From contig NC_087249.1 in the NCBI RefSeq assembly GCF_037042905.1, positions 8,248,001-8,312,000 on the forward strand: a stretch of DNA of 64,000 bases. Direction: 5' to 3'. The translations under genes were made by a program, and so were the position numbers. How positions within the stretch are numbered: the stretch's first letter is position 1; each line of letters starts with the position of its first letter. The DNA comes from Lytechinus pictus. Taxonomy: Eukaryota. The notes beneath the pieces were generated by a model. It was not told the DNA's origin. It did not search any database and saw only the letters and a program-made list of their open reading frames with translations. Below, piece by piece: positions 1 to 12,193 of this stretch.

Positions 1-384
1 TTGTGATGATAACTAATTGTAGCTGCATCTGGGTCCGGTAATATGGGCAGTAATCATTGTTACCTTTTCAAAGGTGTGAAAAAAGAAATGGTGCAATATT
101 TCCTGAAATATGACTCAAATTTATGAAACTTCTGAAGGTTTCCATGGCGAAGAAAATTCACTCGACGGTGCATATACTTGAACTAATCTTACATATAAAA
201 GTATTAACAATGGTATTCTAACAACTGCATTTAATATTTTTTATTTGTTGGGAGCAATCAGAAAAGTGTCAAGATCAGTTTTTTTCCTATAAAGGTCAAA
301 TTCTCACTTTCTACTTGATGCAATGAAATGTTGACTCACATGATTATTTCCAAAATCACTTCTTGGATTTTCCATGAAATTGCA

Positions 385-505
385 GCTTGGGTCAAGTGCA
401 GCACAAAATGGATCAATTTCTTCCTGAGGAAAATCATGCATGGCAGGGATTTGAACCCATAATCCTTTGTTTCAAAGTCTGAAGACTAATCCACTTGTGC
501 TGAAT
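385..505 (-). mobile_element. Degraded SINE head fragment
   Basis: gcagggatttgaacccat...tgtttcaaagtctgaagactaatccact, homologous to 16150-16200. Confidence 0.65.
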
Positions 506-555
506 GATGTATCCCAATTTAGTTGACTTAGCAGCTATGAACATGAAACGCCTAC

Positions 556-693
556 CAGGGCCACATTTCATGAAGACTATAATAAATGCTCAATTTCTAT
601 TACAAATTTAGTATCAACCAGTAAAGATTTCAGTAGCTTTTAACCATTATTTCGAATTTGTAATTATATCAAGTTTTATGAAACGGGCCCCTG
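556..693. mobile_element. Short MITE
   Basis: Inverted ends ccagggccacatttcatgaagact / agttttatgaaacgggcccctgg. Confidence 0.55.
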
Positions 694-886
694 GCCCATT
701 TCATTTAGAATTTCAACTATGGTAACTTTGTCATGGCTGCTACCATGGTAGCCTGGCTCAGCACCAAACAAAATCCCCTGGCAATTACAAGAGTGACAAT
801 GTTACCATAGTTGTAGGTCTTTATGAAGCAACCCCCGTCGGTATGTAAATTTTGATTTAGTGTCATTGATCCCTTTATCTCACCAG

Positions 887-1010
887 GCATACAAGAATTT
901 TGGTACTCGAGTGACAAGCTTGAAGAAGAGATTGGATGACTACAAGAAAGTTCTACCCGAGATTGACCTAAGCCCTTTACCATCCCCTTCATCAGATGCT
1001 CCTTCTCCAG
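887..1010 (+). CDS. RPRD2: RPRD2-like (regulation of nuclear pre-mRNA domain-containing protein 2), internal coding exon; upstream exons with the CID domain lie before the window
   Basis: Acceptor caccag|GCA and donor CCAG|gtaaac; 124 nt, phase 0 to 1. Peptide AYKNFGTRVTSLKKRLDDYKKVLPEIDLSPLPSPSSDAPSP closely resembles vertebrate RPRD2 AYKTFANRVNNLKKKLDQLKSTLP...SPVPSPSMDAPSP (recalled, not searched). Confidence 0.88.
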
Positions 1011-1664
1011 GTAAACACAGAGGGCGCTCGTCAGGTGTCCCTCAGAAGGGTTGGGGAAACCTTCAAAATTTGACAAACTTGTTGGTGCGGGAGGGGGGGG
1101 GGGTTAATGTTCGTCAGAAACTGAGTTTAAGTGCATTAAGTTGTTCCCCCCCCCCCATGATGTGATGCACAAGGTTGAACATGGAATGCCTACAAACATC
1201 TTTATATCTGTGGGGCTTGTTGGACATGGAGAGATAACACTAAGGCTAAGCACAGAAAGCCTTAAGCATCTGGATGTATGCTGTACCACTCTTGGTGTAG
1301 AAGGCTGACAAACTGCTTTACATAGCCTGAAACCCTGCACCTGTGCTTGGTCACTATGCACATATTTCTTGTTATTGGACTTGTTGATGACATGCAACCA
1401 TAGTGAACTAAAATATCCTTGTATAGATTTGTTTGTGTGGCATAAGTTAAGTTGGCTCCAAAAACAAACAAGTACTGTCTCAATGTTTGATAAAAATTGA
1501 ATAATGAACAGTGGATTATTATTCAGTTAGGAATTTTTCTGCAAAAGAAAGTGTTGACCTCCATTTTGAGAATAATCATGAAATAATAACACACAATTTT
1601 TTTATATATCTCTTCTTGATAAGGGCCTCTACGAAATATGGTAAAAAAACACAGCTTGCCTTAA

Positions 1665-2905
1665 CCCTAAAAGGGTTAAGGCAAAAAAAAATGCAAAAAA
1701 AATAGCGCTGCAAAATTTTATGACTCTTTTCTTTGAAGTCTCACGCAACCACATGACTTTTTCAAGACAATGTCATGCCGAAAATGGCTCGTTTTATCTC
1801 ACCTGCATAGCAGAGTGAGACTATAGGCACCGCTTTTCCGATGACGGCAGCGTCAACATCAAATCTTAACCGAAGGTTAAGTTTTTGAAATGACAGCATA
1901 ACTTAGAAAGTATATGGACCTAGTTAATGAAACTTAGACATAAGGTTAATCAAGTATTACTGAACATCCTGCCAGAGTTTCTGGTCACATGACCAAGGTC
2001 AAAGGTCATTTGGGGTCAATGAACTTAGGCCATGTTGGGGGAGTCAATATCAAAATCTTAACCTAAGGTTAAGTTTTTGAAATGTCATCATAACTTAGAA
2101 AGTATATGGACCTAGTTCACGAAACTTGGTCATATAGGTAATTAAATATTACTGAATATCCTGCCTGAGTTTCAAGTCACATGACCAAGGTCAAAGGTAA
2201 TTTAGGGTCAAGGAACTTTGGCCATAATGGGGTATCTGTTCAATTACCATCATAACTTTAAAAGTTTATGGATATGATTCATGAAACTTGGACATAAGAG
2301 TAATCAAGTATCACTGAACATCCTGTGCCAGTTTCATGTCACATGACCAAGGTAATTAAGGTCAATGAACTTTGGCCATGGAGGTAATTATTGAATTGCT
2401 GTCATAACTTTCAAAAGTTAATGGATATAGTGTATGAATTGTAGACATTGGGGTAATCAAGTATCACTGACAAGTCTTAGGTCATATGATCAAGGTCAAA
2501 TGTCATTTAGGGTCAATGAACGTCGTATTGTATCATTATATGAATGGTGTTATTTGTGAATCATTATTTTATAGTAGTTTTCAAAGTCAACACTGCTGCT
2601 ATATTGAATCGCGTAATGCACGTGAGACTGCCAGAGGCGCTCCACTTGTTATACTTTGTGTATAAAGTACATGGGAGATGAAATTCATAAAATTGGGTGT
2701 TAAATATGCAAATAATGTTTTTTCACGATTAAATTTTCATATTTTATTTATAATGAATAAAAGATAATAAATGTCAGAATTTTTTTTTTATACTGGCTTG
2801 TAGTTAATTGAGTAACGAATGTGCATGCCAAATTTTGGCGCGATCGTGTGATGGGGGGGGGCCATCATCCCCCCCCCCCCCTGGTCCTCAATACATCTTT
2901 TAGGG
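1665..2905. mobile_element. piggyBac-type MITE interrupted by a HINE
   Basis: TTAA-ccctaaaag ... cttttaggg-TTAA, with G/C runs near the right end. Confidence 0.6.
1794..2650 (+). mobile_element. Helentron-associated non-autonomous element (HINE; DINE-1/Pearl/Tsp-like) with an internal tandem array
   Basis: Subterminal inverted repeat tctcacctgcat / atgcacgtgaga; about 4 internal units of 150-190 bp containing gtcacatgaccaaggtcaaaggtca; T-rich insertion site. Confidence 0.7.
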
Positions 2906-2958
2906 TTAAAAAAGAATAAAGAGAGATTAAGATGGAAAAGAGGGATATGGAACCAAAG

Positions 2959-3525
2959 TTTCTACCCATCCTGGACGGAACGTGTTATGGTATCACGCTG
3001 GGTGTCCGTCCGTTAACTTGTCCTTGTTAAAGCGATAACTTCAGTTTGACTTAACCTAGGCTCATATAATTTGGTGTGTATGATACTAGCATGGATCCCA
3101 GGAAGCCTACTGATTTTGAGGTCAAAAGGTCAAGGTCACAGTGACATGTTTTCATCTTACCCTTCTGCGGTCCTTGTGAACGCGATAACTTCAGTTTAAC
3201 TTAACCTAGGCTCGTATAATTTGGTGTGTATGATACTAGCATGGATCCCAGGAAGCCTATTGATTTTGAGGTCAAAGGTCAAGATGACAGTGACATGTTT
3301 TCATCTTACCCTTCTGAAGTCCATGTTAATGCGAACTAAACTTAACCTAGGCTCATATAATTTGGTGTGCATGATACTAGCATAGATCCCAGCAATTCTA
3401 TTGATTATGAGGTCAGAAGGTCAAAGGTGAAGTCGCCACCTTCTACTTTTCTTGCTTGACCAATAACTCCATTTTCCGCGTTACAGGCGGGCGTATTATG
3501 TGCTCGCCTTAGCGACACTCTTGCT
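2959..3525 (+). mobile_element. Second HINE/Pearl-like element
   Basis: 5' (gtcc)n microsatellite seed; about 150-bp unit x2.7 (cttaacctaggctcatataatttggtgtg at about 3050, 3200 and 3341); 3' hairpin gtgctcgccttagcgacac. Confidence 0.7.
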
Positions 3526-3582
3526 AAAAAATGTGAGGCTTTAATGTTACTGATATTTATGTTATTTCGTTTGTGTGGTCAG

Positions 3583-3672
3583 GTGCTACCCCTCCCCAGG
3601 AGCAAGATGGTGTAAACAGGGATTTGGAAGATATGGAACTCTCAGACACAGATGACGGGGGAAGAATTATTG
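3583..3672 (+). CDS. RPRD2: RPRD2-like internal coding exon
   Basis: Acceptor ggtcag|GT and donor ATTG|gtaagg; 90 nt, phase 1 to 1. Encodes GATPPQEQDGVNRDLEDMELSDTDDGGRII, matching the RPRD2 motif NRDVEDMELSDVEDDGSKII. Confidence 0.88.
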
Positions 3673-4105
3673 GTAAGGATTGATTGATATATTTCATTCA
3701 TTCCCAATTCATTATGGAAACTCAGGAAGAGGTTTTTCACATCTCATAAGCTTAAATTCTCCAAAGTCGAACAGAGATGTCAATGGTCCCAGGATATTTG
3801 ACCTAGGCAGAGTCACCCTTATTTGATGTCAGAGCGATGTAAATAGGGTTACCTAGCTACACGCACTGAACTCTGCAGTACGTAGAATACCTATTGTAAG
3901 ACAAGGTAATAGTCATAGGGTCAGCTGCCGTTGGAATGTGAACACCATGGAGGTGCCAGAACGGGCTGAACTCTGACCATATTTTTTGTTTTGGGGTTGG
4001 CAATGAGATTGTGATAGAAAATTGATTGATAATTTTCTGCTGAAAAATACTCTTTGAATGAATGGTAGCTGTTTCAATTGCAGCTTTGAGGATCCCATTA
4101 ATTCA

Positions 4106-4325
4106 TAATAATAATAATAATGGTATATTTACCCAGAGTAGCCACTTCATTTCCGAAAACTGTTCTCCCAGCGGGCCCTGCTGTTATTATTATCCGGCTA
4201 AGCTAGGCTACCTATTCAGGTGCACACAGCTTTTTGAGGAATTACTTCCAGCCGGTACCCATTTACCTCACCTGGTTCGAGTGCAGCACACTGGATGAAT
4301 TCCTTGCTGAAGGATATTACGCCAT
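4106..4325 (-). mobile_element. 5'-truncated SINE, same family
   Basis: (taa)n tail at 4106-4120 and body ggtacccatttacctcacctgg...ttgctgaagg. Confidence 0.75.
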
Positions 4326-4531
4326 TTCTATATCAAGGTCACAAGAATGACCACTAAATTCAGTACCATCAGCGTTTTTCTGTGATGACCCTGACCTTTC
4401 CTCCTTATGTTGCGAACCATGACTTCCTAATAGATAATTTGCAAACAATGGGTATTACAGGTCAGTTCCGGTGGATAATATTTTAGAAAGCATTACTGAT
4501 TTTGAGTTTTTTTTTTCTTTCTTTGTACCAG

Positions 4532-4588
4532 CTGCTGTTCCTGGCAAGTCATCAAGATCCAAGAAGACTGAGAAGAGACAACGTAAAA
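4532..4588 (+). CDS. RPRD2: RPRD2-like small basic exon (symmetric, possibly alternative)
   Basis: Long polypyrimidine tract plus ccag|CT acceptor and AAAA|gtaagt consensus donor; 57 nt, phase 1 to 1. Encodes AAVPGKSSRSKKTEKRQRK (NLS-like), in frame with both neighbours. Confidence 0.75.
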
Positions 4589-5388
4589 GTAAGTACTGCA
4601 AAACTTATTTGATCTTTGAAGGTTGCCTGGTCTTACGGATAAATGGTGGTTTTACAGATCATCATGGTGGTTGGTCCAAAAAAAGGAATGTTTGTATTGG
4701 TAGGAGTGGAGTGAAGAATGAAAGAAGCTGAATGGAAAAATTTCATTATTCAATTGTTGTCTCTTTCAAATACTTTAATCTTGAGCAATTGGGGCAACTT
4801 GCTATATGTATTGATTGATTTTTATTGATACAATCGATAATATCACCATCATCATCAAATGTCAAATTCTAGACAGCATCAGTTCCTGTGCACATGCTGT
4901 ATGTGCACATAACAGCATGCACGTATGCATATGAAAGTGTTGATCCACTAATCCAGCTGTTTCTTAACCTTCTTTACAAAAAACGAAAGGGAATTAATTT
5001 CTAATGCTGCACTTTGTTTTCATGTACCAATTTGGCGGGTTATCTGCAGGAATTTATGAATTGTGACAATAGTGTAAATTTACTGAATTCTCGTACTTGT
5101 ATTTTCCTGTGGAAACGCAATCACTGGAAAGCTTACCTGGAAAAGGCGCTGTCCGATATTTGTGATGAATGCCTGGAGATTTCGCTTGTTGGCAGTAAAG
5201 CGGATTGCACATGTTCAACCTGTTAAAAAGTTGAAAAATATGTTACTTGGTTGCTAATTTATTTTGTAATCATCCTGGATATCTCCTAAATAGAGTCATT
5301 TCATTAAATTCTGTTGAAATGAATATTCTTGAGCTTCACTCGTCACACACATTATTTATGTTCTTTCTGTATTTTCTTTTACAAACAG

Positions 5389-8300
5389 GTGCATCTTCAA
5401 GGTCCAAGAAGAAGGCTGTAAGCGATGGATCTGGACAGAAAATCTCCGTCATTGCGAGCAGTCCAGTCTTTCCTAATGCCACAACATCTCAGGGGGAGAA
5501 GATCCATTCCATCTCTCCAAATGTACCAGGCAGTTCTTCGTACGCAAGTCCCTTTGATTTCCCTTCTTCGAGGCAAGATGGTGGATTGGTAACGACTGCA
5601 GGAGCCGCACCGGTGTACACTCCAAGCATGACCACTGGTTTCACACCACAGGCAAGTGCAGCTTATACTCCTGCAAGTTCAGCAGTTTATAATCCTACTG
5701 CTGCAGCTACGACGTACAGTCCTGCAACCTCTGCAGTTTATAATCCAACGGCGGTAACAACCACGTACAGTTCTACTGCCGCACCTTACACTCCTGTTGT
5801 GACAACCCCGTACAATCCAGCATCATCTGTTGCTTATTCTCCTGTTGCAGCAGTGACAAGTGCATATGTACCTGTTGCTTCATCTACTGTGCAGGCATAC
5901 TCTACAGACGCAACAGCACCACCAGTTTATACCCCAACCGCTCCATCCGTCGCACAGTCTTATACACCTACCGTTGCTGCACCAGTTGCAGGATATTCCT
6001 CAACTGTTTCTTCTGGAGCCCCAGGTTATGTACCACCTGTTCCTGCTACAGTAGCTCCAGTATATGCAGCTCCAGATCCTGCACCTAGTCCTGCATATAC
6101 ACCAACGAGGCCTGCAGTGAATCCTGCATATACGCCAACAGCCCCTGCAGCAACCCTTGCGTACACACCAACAGCTGCAGTTCCTGCACAACCTGCATAC
6201 ACCCCTATTGCCTCATCAGTATCACCAGCATATACCCCAGTTGCATCCACAGTAACTACGGCTTATGCGGTGACCACACCATCAGTTACACCATCCTATC
6301 CAGCTCCTGGCTCTACAATATCATCTGTTTACACACCAGATCCTTATAACCAGCCTGTACCAACATCGACAGTGAGCTCTGTAGGATACAACACTAATGA
6401 TGCCACAGGTTACAATTCATCAACAGAATCAGCATACAATCCTGTAAATGTCTCGTACAACCCACCAGCGCCTTCTGCGTACACTCCTCCAGTTGCGACC
6501 CCAGCACCTGCATCAGCTCCATCATACACACCCCCAGTGGCATCAACCTATGAGCCAACACCTTCAACTACCTACGCCCCTTCATACAACCCGCCTCCTC
6601 ATGAAAGAAGCGCCCAACCGTCCTATGGGCAGTCATATTCAAACACATATACAAGCAGTTCCGAAGAGGGTAATGCCTATGATCCTTCACAGTCACAGTA
6701 TAATTACAACAGTGCGCAAAAGCCTTTGCCATCTAGAGACTTTGATTATCCAACCCAACAGGCCAGGGACTCTGATGTCACACGTTCCGGAACACCTCTC
6801 AGGGATGAACAGCTGTCACAAGCAGAAGGGCCCTTGTCATCTGACCCAGCAGCAGATAACTCATACTATCCTCCCCAAATATCGTCAGAGTACAGAAATA
6901 CTGTCCCTCAGCAGAACGTAGCACCCGTTGTTCCAGCCAATCCAATGCAGTTCCTGACAAAGTTGATCAGTAGTCGTAATGTGCCTGCAAACCCTGATAA
7001 ACCCACAGACTTCTTGAGTACCCTGAGCAGTCTCTCAGGAGCACAGCTAAATGTTGTAGAGCTTCAACAAAGAGAATCTCCACCGCCACCTCCTCCTCCC
7101 CCTGTCCGTAAACTCCCTCCCAAACTGTTAGACGATGAAAGGACAAGTGGAAAACGCGTAACTTCTACAAATGCTTTCAGCAAAAGTAGGGAGTCTGAGA
7201 AAGCGGACAGACCGGAAGAGATGGAAGAAGAAGAAGATGATGAAGAGTACCTGACTCCAGAAGAAAAATCCAAACTTGACAAAGCCAATAAATCTTTTGG
7301 TATTGGTCAACTGATGTTACAGCTAGCTGACAAAGGAAATGAAAAAGAAGAAGAGAAAGAGGTGGAGGAGGAGAAGGAGGAGGAAGAGGACATGCCTGTA
7401 GAAGAGGATTTTGATTTTCCCTTATCAAAGGACAAAGATGAAAGATTTCCTGAAACTCCTGAGGAAGAAACCAGGCATGGTTCTGGTGACTATGCCAAGC
7501 TACCCCCTGCACCACAATTCTTGATAAAGCCAAGGAATACTCCTGTAGGTTCATGGATACCTCAACATGCTACACCTAAAAAGCCTGTGGTTCTCTGTAA
7601 ACCAGGGATACCCTTGTCTGTATCACCTCCACCACCTCCACCTCCACCACCACCTTCGTCAGCAGCACAACCCCAGCCAGTTGTGCCATCAGGTCCTGCA
7701 ACGAATGCAGTAGCGGTTCCAGCAGTCCCGCTTGCTGCAATGCTGCTACCTCCACCACCCCCTGTGACTGAAGATCCACCACCACCACCTCCTCCACGTC
7801 CAGCACAAGTACAGACACCAACAGCACTTGCTGGGCAAGCTCCAACAATACTCAAACCTGTGGTCAATGTTCCGGCAGTTCAACCTCAAGGAATCGCTGA
7901 AGAGACTGATCGTAGGCCAAATCTGCAACCCCGATCACAAGCTACCAATCATACTAGTGTCCAAAGACAAATCTCTTCAGGACAACCTATTACAGTTGTT
8001 CGTCAGCTTTCAGATCCTTCTCCTAGTCCTCCTGCCCAGCCGATAAGATCAATCATACATGATCGCACTTCGGATGTTCAAAGAATATCTGTGGTGGGTA
8101 ATACACGGACTCAAGACTATGATGAGCCAAGACCTGTACCTGTACTCGGACAGTCACTCAGGATACGGGGACCAGTTCCAGGACCTCCACCTGGACCACC
8201 TCCACCAACTGCTAGACAATTGTCAGGATCAGGCATTAGAGCTCCAGGACCTCCACCTGGCCCGCCACCAGTCAGTGCAAAGAGAATGTCAAATAAGGAA

Positions 8301-9191
8301 TCTGCACCTACTGGTACTGCACCTGATGAGCAGCAGGATACTCCTCAGAGCCCTGAACCTTCCAAGAGTTTGGATTCAATGCCGATTAGTTCCATACCTA
8401 GTTTAGTTTCGCCCACAATGCTTAACCCGCTGAAGCGGGTGAACCCTACCCCAGAGGCCTCATCACCATATCCAGAAATTACTGAAGCGAAGCCTCTTAG
8501 ATCTATTCTTAAACGCTCCAAACCCACTTCTCAACCTGAACCATCTCCTGTAGATGTGGATTACCGTAAAGATTCACAAATACCCGTATTGGGTGCACAG
8601 CCTCGTTCACTTTCACAGGACTATTCCACAGATTCACCTATTCAGGTTCTAGGTTCCAAGCCACCCATACCCCAATTATTTCCTCAAAGTGATGACTTTG
8701 AATCATCGGACTCTAAAATATCTGTGGTGGGTGCTGCAGGCCAGCCCGGAAACATCAGCCCAAGATATTCCCAAAGACCCCCTTTTCCTAGAGGAGGACC
8801 AAGATCACCAGAACATAGAGTGCCAGGACCCAACAGGTACAACAGAAGCCCAAGTCATGATCAGAATTACTCTGAGAGGCCCGTTATCCAGAGGGACTAT
8901 GGACATGGTAAACGGCAACAAGAAGACTATGACCATAGACAGCCTGCTGGCGACCAGGTAATGACCATCCAGACACTGGGTAGTGATCGTCCTCCTGCCT
9001 TTCAGGATAAATACCATCGTGGTCCTCCAGAACAGAGACATCAGTATGAGCCTGAACCTAGACACTTTGATCGTCAGTATCGCCCCGAGATGAGACCAAG
9101 GGGCTATGGTCCAAGACCTCATGGGCAGTTCAGACCAAGTTTCAGGGGTAGGTCCCCGCAGTTTCGTCCAAGACAGTCATTCTATTATTAA
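5389..9191 (+). CDS. RPRD2: RPRD2-like terminal coding exon (about 1267 codons, low-complexity: Y-x-P repeat, acidic tract, polyproline, R/G/P-rich tail)
   Basis: Acceptor ttcttttacaaacag|GT in phase 1, matching the previous exon. Continuous ORF to TAA at 9189-9191. A giant Pro/Ser-rich last exon is typical of RPRD2. Confidence 0.85.
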
Positions 9192-9588
9192 TGTTTATTT
9201 TTTGTATCTGTACATGTTCCTTTTTTTATATCAATGATGTACAACTATAGTGTACACTTATATTGCATATGTTTAGCCTCTGTACATGGACAAACATGTA
9301 TGTTTGATCAAGTTTTCTTTTTTGAAAATAATTTACTCTTGCAAACACTTCATACATCTGCACACTTGTTTTACAAAAGGTGCTGCAAGAAAATATTTGC
9401 TATCAATGGCAAATGCGTGTATCAACAATTTCAATTGACAGATCCCTCAAAACTGGTAATCAGCTTTCAGTTTCCATGTTGCAAGTTACAGGCCCAATTA
9501 ATCACAATTTTTCAATCAATCGCATGACTTGTGATAGGCTCTTACGATTGATTTGCAATTGGTTGCATATTTCTTGCAATACCTCTCA

Positions 9589-10109
9589 GGGCCACCGCAC
9601 ACCTTACGACTGGTCAACGATCCGATTTTGCAACAAATTGCATTTTGCTCATTTTCAGAAAATGTGAATAAAAAGTATCTCTTTATCTAAGCTGACCATT
9701 TTGAGGTGTTTAATTATTGTTTTATTGGCCCAAACTTGGAGTAGTGTGTGCGCAGCGCTTTGTCACCGAAAGGAAAAGGCGCGAATTAAATGACATTTGG
9801 ATTGGTTCAAATTGACTGAGAGAATACTAATGTAAAAATTTTTGATGATTGTAAGCTTTCAATTTGGAGTAAAGGCCAAATAAGATCCAAATCGTAGCCA
9901 ATCTTATGATTGCTATGGCGTCATTACGACGAGATATTAATCTTTTTATTCTAATAAGGATGAAAGCATATTCACAGATTTGAAGTATTCGTAAGGTGAT
10001 TTAGAACATTACTCAGTAAGATATTCCATGTCTCAATATTAGCAGGAAATTCTACTACGTTTTACTCCAAAATTGGGTCGCAGGCCAATCGTAAGGTGTG
10101 CAATGGCCT
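9589..10109. mobile_element. Harbinger-like MITE downstream of the RPRD2 stop codon
   Basis: TIR ggccaccgcacaccttacgactgg / ccaatcgtaaggtgtgcaatggcc. Confidence 0.75.
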
Positions 10110-11811
10110 TTAGACATACAACCTTGGCGAAAATCATGATGAGTTTAATATTTGGTTTAATTTTAAGTGCAATTTTTAAAGTTTAGTGTTGCTGTTGGTA
10201 TCTTCAATTTATGTAGATGCTCAAAATGCCTAGAAATGATTACACAAGACGTAATTCTTTATCGTTTTCATCATGAAGAGATCCTTGTTATTTGCTTATT
10301 GGTTTGGTTTTGAAATATATTAGTATATTTCCACTCTCTTTTGCTTCTGTTTGCACATGCCTCCCTTGCATGTTTTTTATCGATTGTTCCAAAAGATTTG
10401 ACAACTCCTTGTGTAAGATAGAATTAAAAACCACAGGGATAGGTTATATTCCGAATGGAAATGTGCGAAATTTGTCAAGAAAAATTAGTTTTGAATTTGC
10501 CCATTGCACTTTTATTATTAGATATTTGAATGGAGATCATAGAGCTGAATTATTGCTATGGAATGTAAATGTGTTTGATTTGCAAATAACATGTGTCAAG
10601 AAAGCAGATCTTATATAGATTGATAGAGTTCTGAATTTTGATTACATTTTTTCAATTTTAGAAAAGAAAAGAGAGTTAAGGTACAGTTATATTTTTGCTT
10701 CAGGTAGTTTCCAAGAGCACATGATGATATTGAAGGCCTCGACAGCTAATTCTGTGAATTATGTAAATAATTATTTTTATATCATGGGTGACTCTTAAGT
10801 CTCTTAAGCATTGTTCATGTATAACAAGACTAAATTCAGCAACATTTTTTCATAGTGTTAAGAAATGATGAGACAAATTGTCCCACTTCTGCTAATAAAT
10901 GACCACTTTATCTCTCAAGTCCCAAGAACTGTCCAAAGTACATGCAAAAACTGGTGACATCATTAGATGATCTCATTATGTCATGATTCACGTTACATGA
11001 TGCCATGATGTCATGAGTTTGTTAAATTTTGGCTACTGGATTGTGTATTTATGGATTATAAATTGAAGTGGCTTTTAGATTCACTTTATTTTGTAAAATT
11101 AGCTTAAAAAGATAATAAGGTGAAATGTATTAAGCAGAAAGTGGAACCGATTCGATGAAAGATTGGAAATGTCTTTGTGTTTTAGAATGATGCAAATTTT
11201 TGTGTTTGCATCATTCTAAAACAATGATGCAAGTTTTTTCTTCAGATAAACATTTGGTAAAACTATTGAATGGAGATGATCAACATCTTTATGGTACTAT
11301 ATTAGGCAGTTTTGAGGTTCACAATTTTAATGTTCAGTACACACTAAATTGATTGGAGGTTATGGTACATGCATGTATGATATTTATAACCTAAAGGTGT
11401 ATTAGACTCGAGGGTATGATATCTTGTTAGATTTTAGAGATACTGGCCCCCACAATGAATGCATTTTAAACAGAAGAAAATCACATGAGATCAGTGGAGG
11501 TTGAGGGTTAATGGGCAAGTATTAGATAGGGTAAGCGTAAAACCCTACACACACTAAATATATAGAACTTTATCTGAAATTGTATTGTTCTGTTTTATAA
11601 GACGATGATGTCGGTCCTGATGTTAAATCATCCTTTACTCATCTTCAGGAAATAAGGAAAATGGTGTTTAAATGCTTTGTCACATGTATGTCCTCAACTA
11701 ATCAATTTATGGATAGGATGCCCTTCACATAAACCTGTTTATTTACCCCCACCCCCACTTCAATATTTAGAATGTGCTAAAAGAATGTTTAAGCTAATGT
11801 CTTTATCTTAA

Positions 11812-12193
11812 AGCCCAGCGCACACTACATGATCTGACTTAAAAACAACTTTCTTTTTGCATCGATACAAAAATTGAAGAAGTGAAGTTATTTTATTTGA
11901 AGTTCGGCACAATGCCAGGAATACTAATATCAGAATTCTGCTTTGCTGCAACCTTATGGTCAGAAATAATTCCAAATCAGCTTCAAGTCACAGCTGAAGA
12001 TGATGTAATTACGATTTGGAATTGAATTAGCTGTTATTCCTACAGAGAGGCTTGAAATAGACTAATTTTTATTTGGGAACTCAGACCACTATTCGATACT
12101 TTGATCGTTAAGATTATCTAGGTTGGAATATTCATATCAAATGCTATTACTATTTCTTTGAAAATCGGATCGCAGCGTAATGTGCACCGGGCT
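11812..12193. mobile_element. Degraded MITE related to the 9589 element
   Basis: Imperfect TIR agcccagcgcacactac / gtaatgtgcaccgggct. Confidence 0.55.

Noticed and set aside
1850..3420. Regularly spaced repeats resembling a CRISPR array
   Set aside because: Eukaryotic intron; whole 150-190 bp units repeat, with no unique spacers and no cas genes.
5247..5388. N-terminal 47 codons of the 1314-aa ORF
   Set aside because: Non-ATG start; this is intron and polypyrimidine tract upstream of the acceptor at 5388.
5860..9122. Many overlapping alternative-frame and antisense ORFs
   Set aside because: Shadows of the low-complexity RPRD2 exon; no independent motifs.
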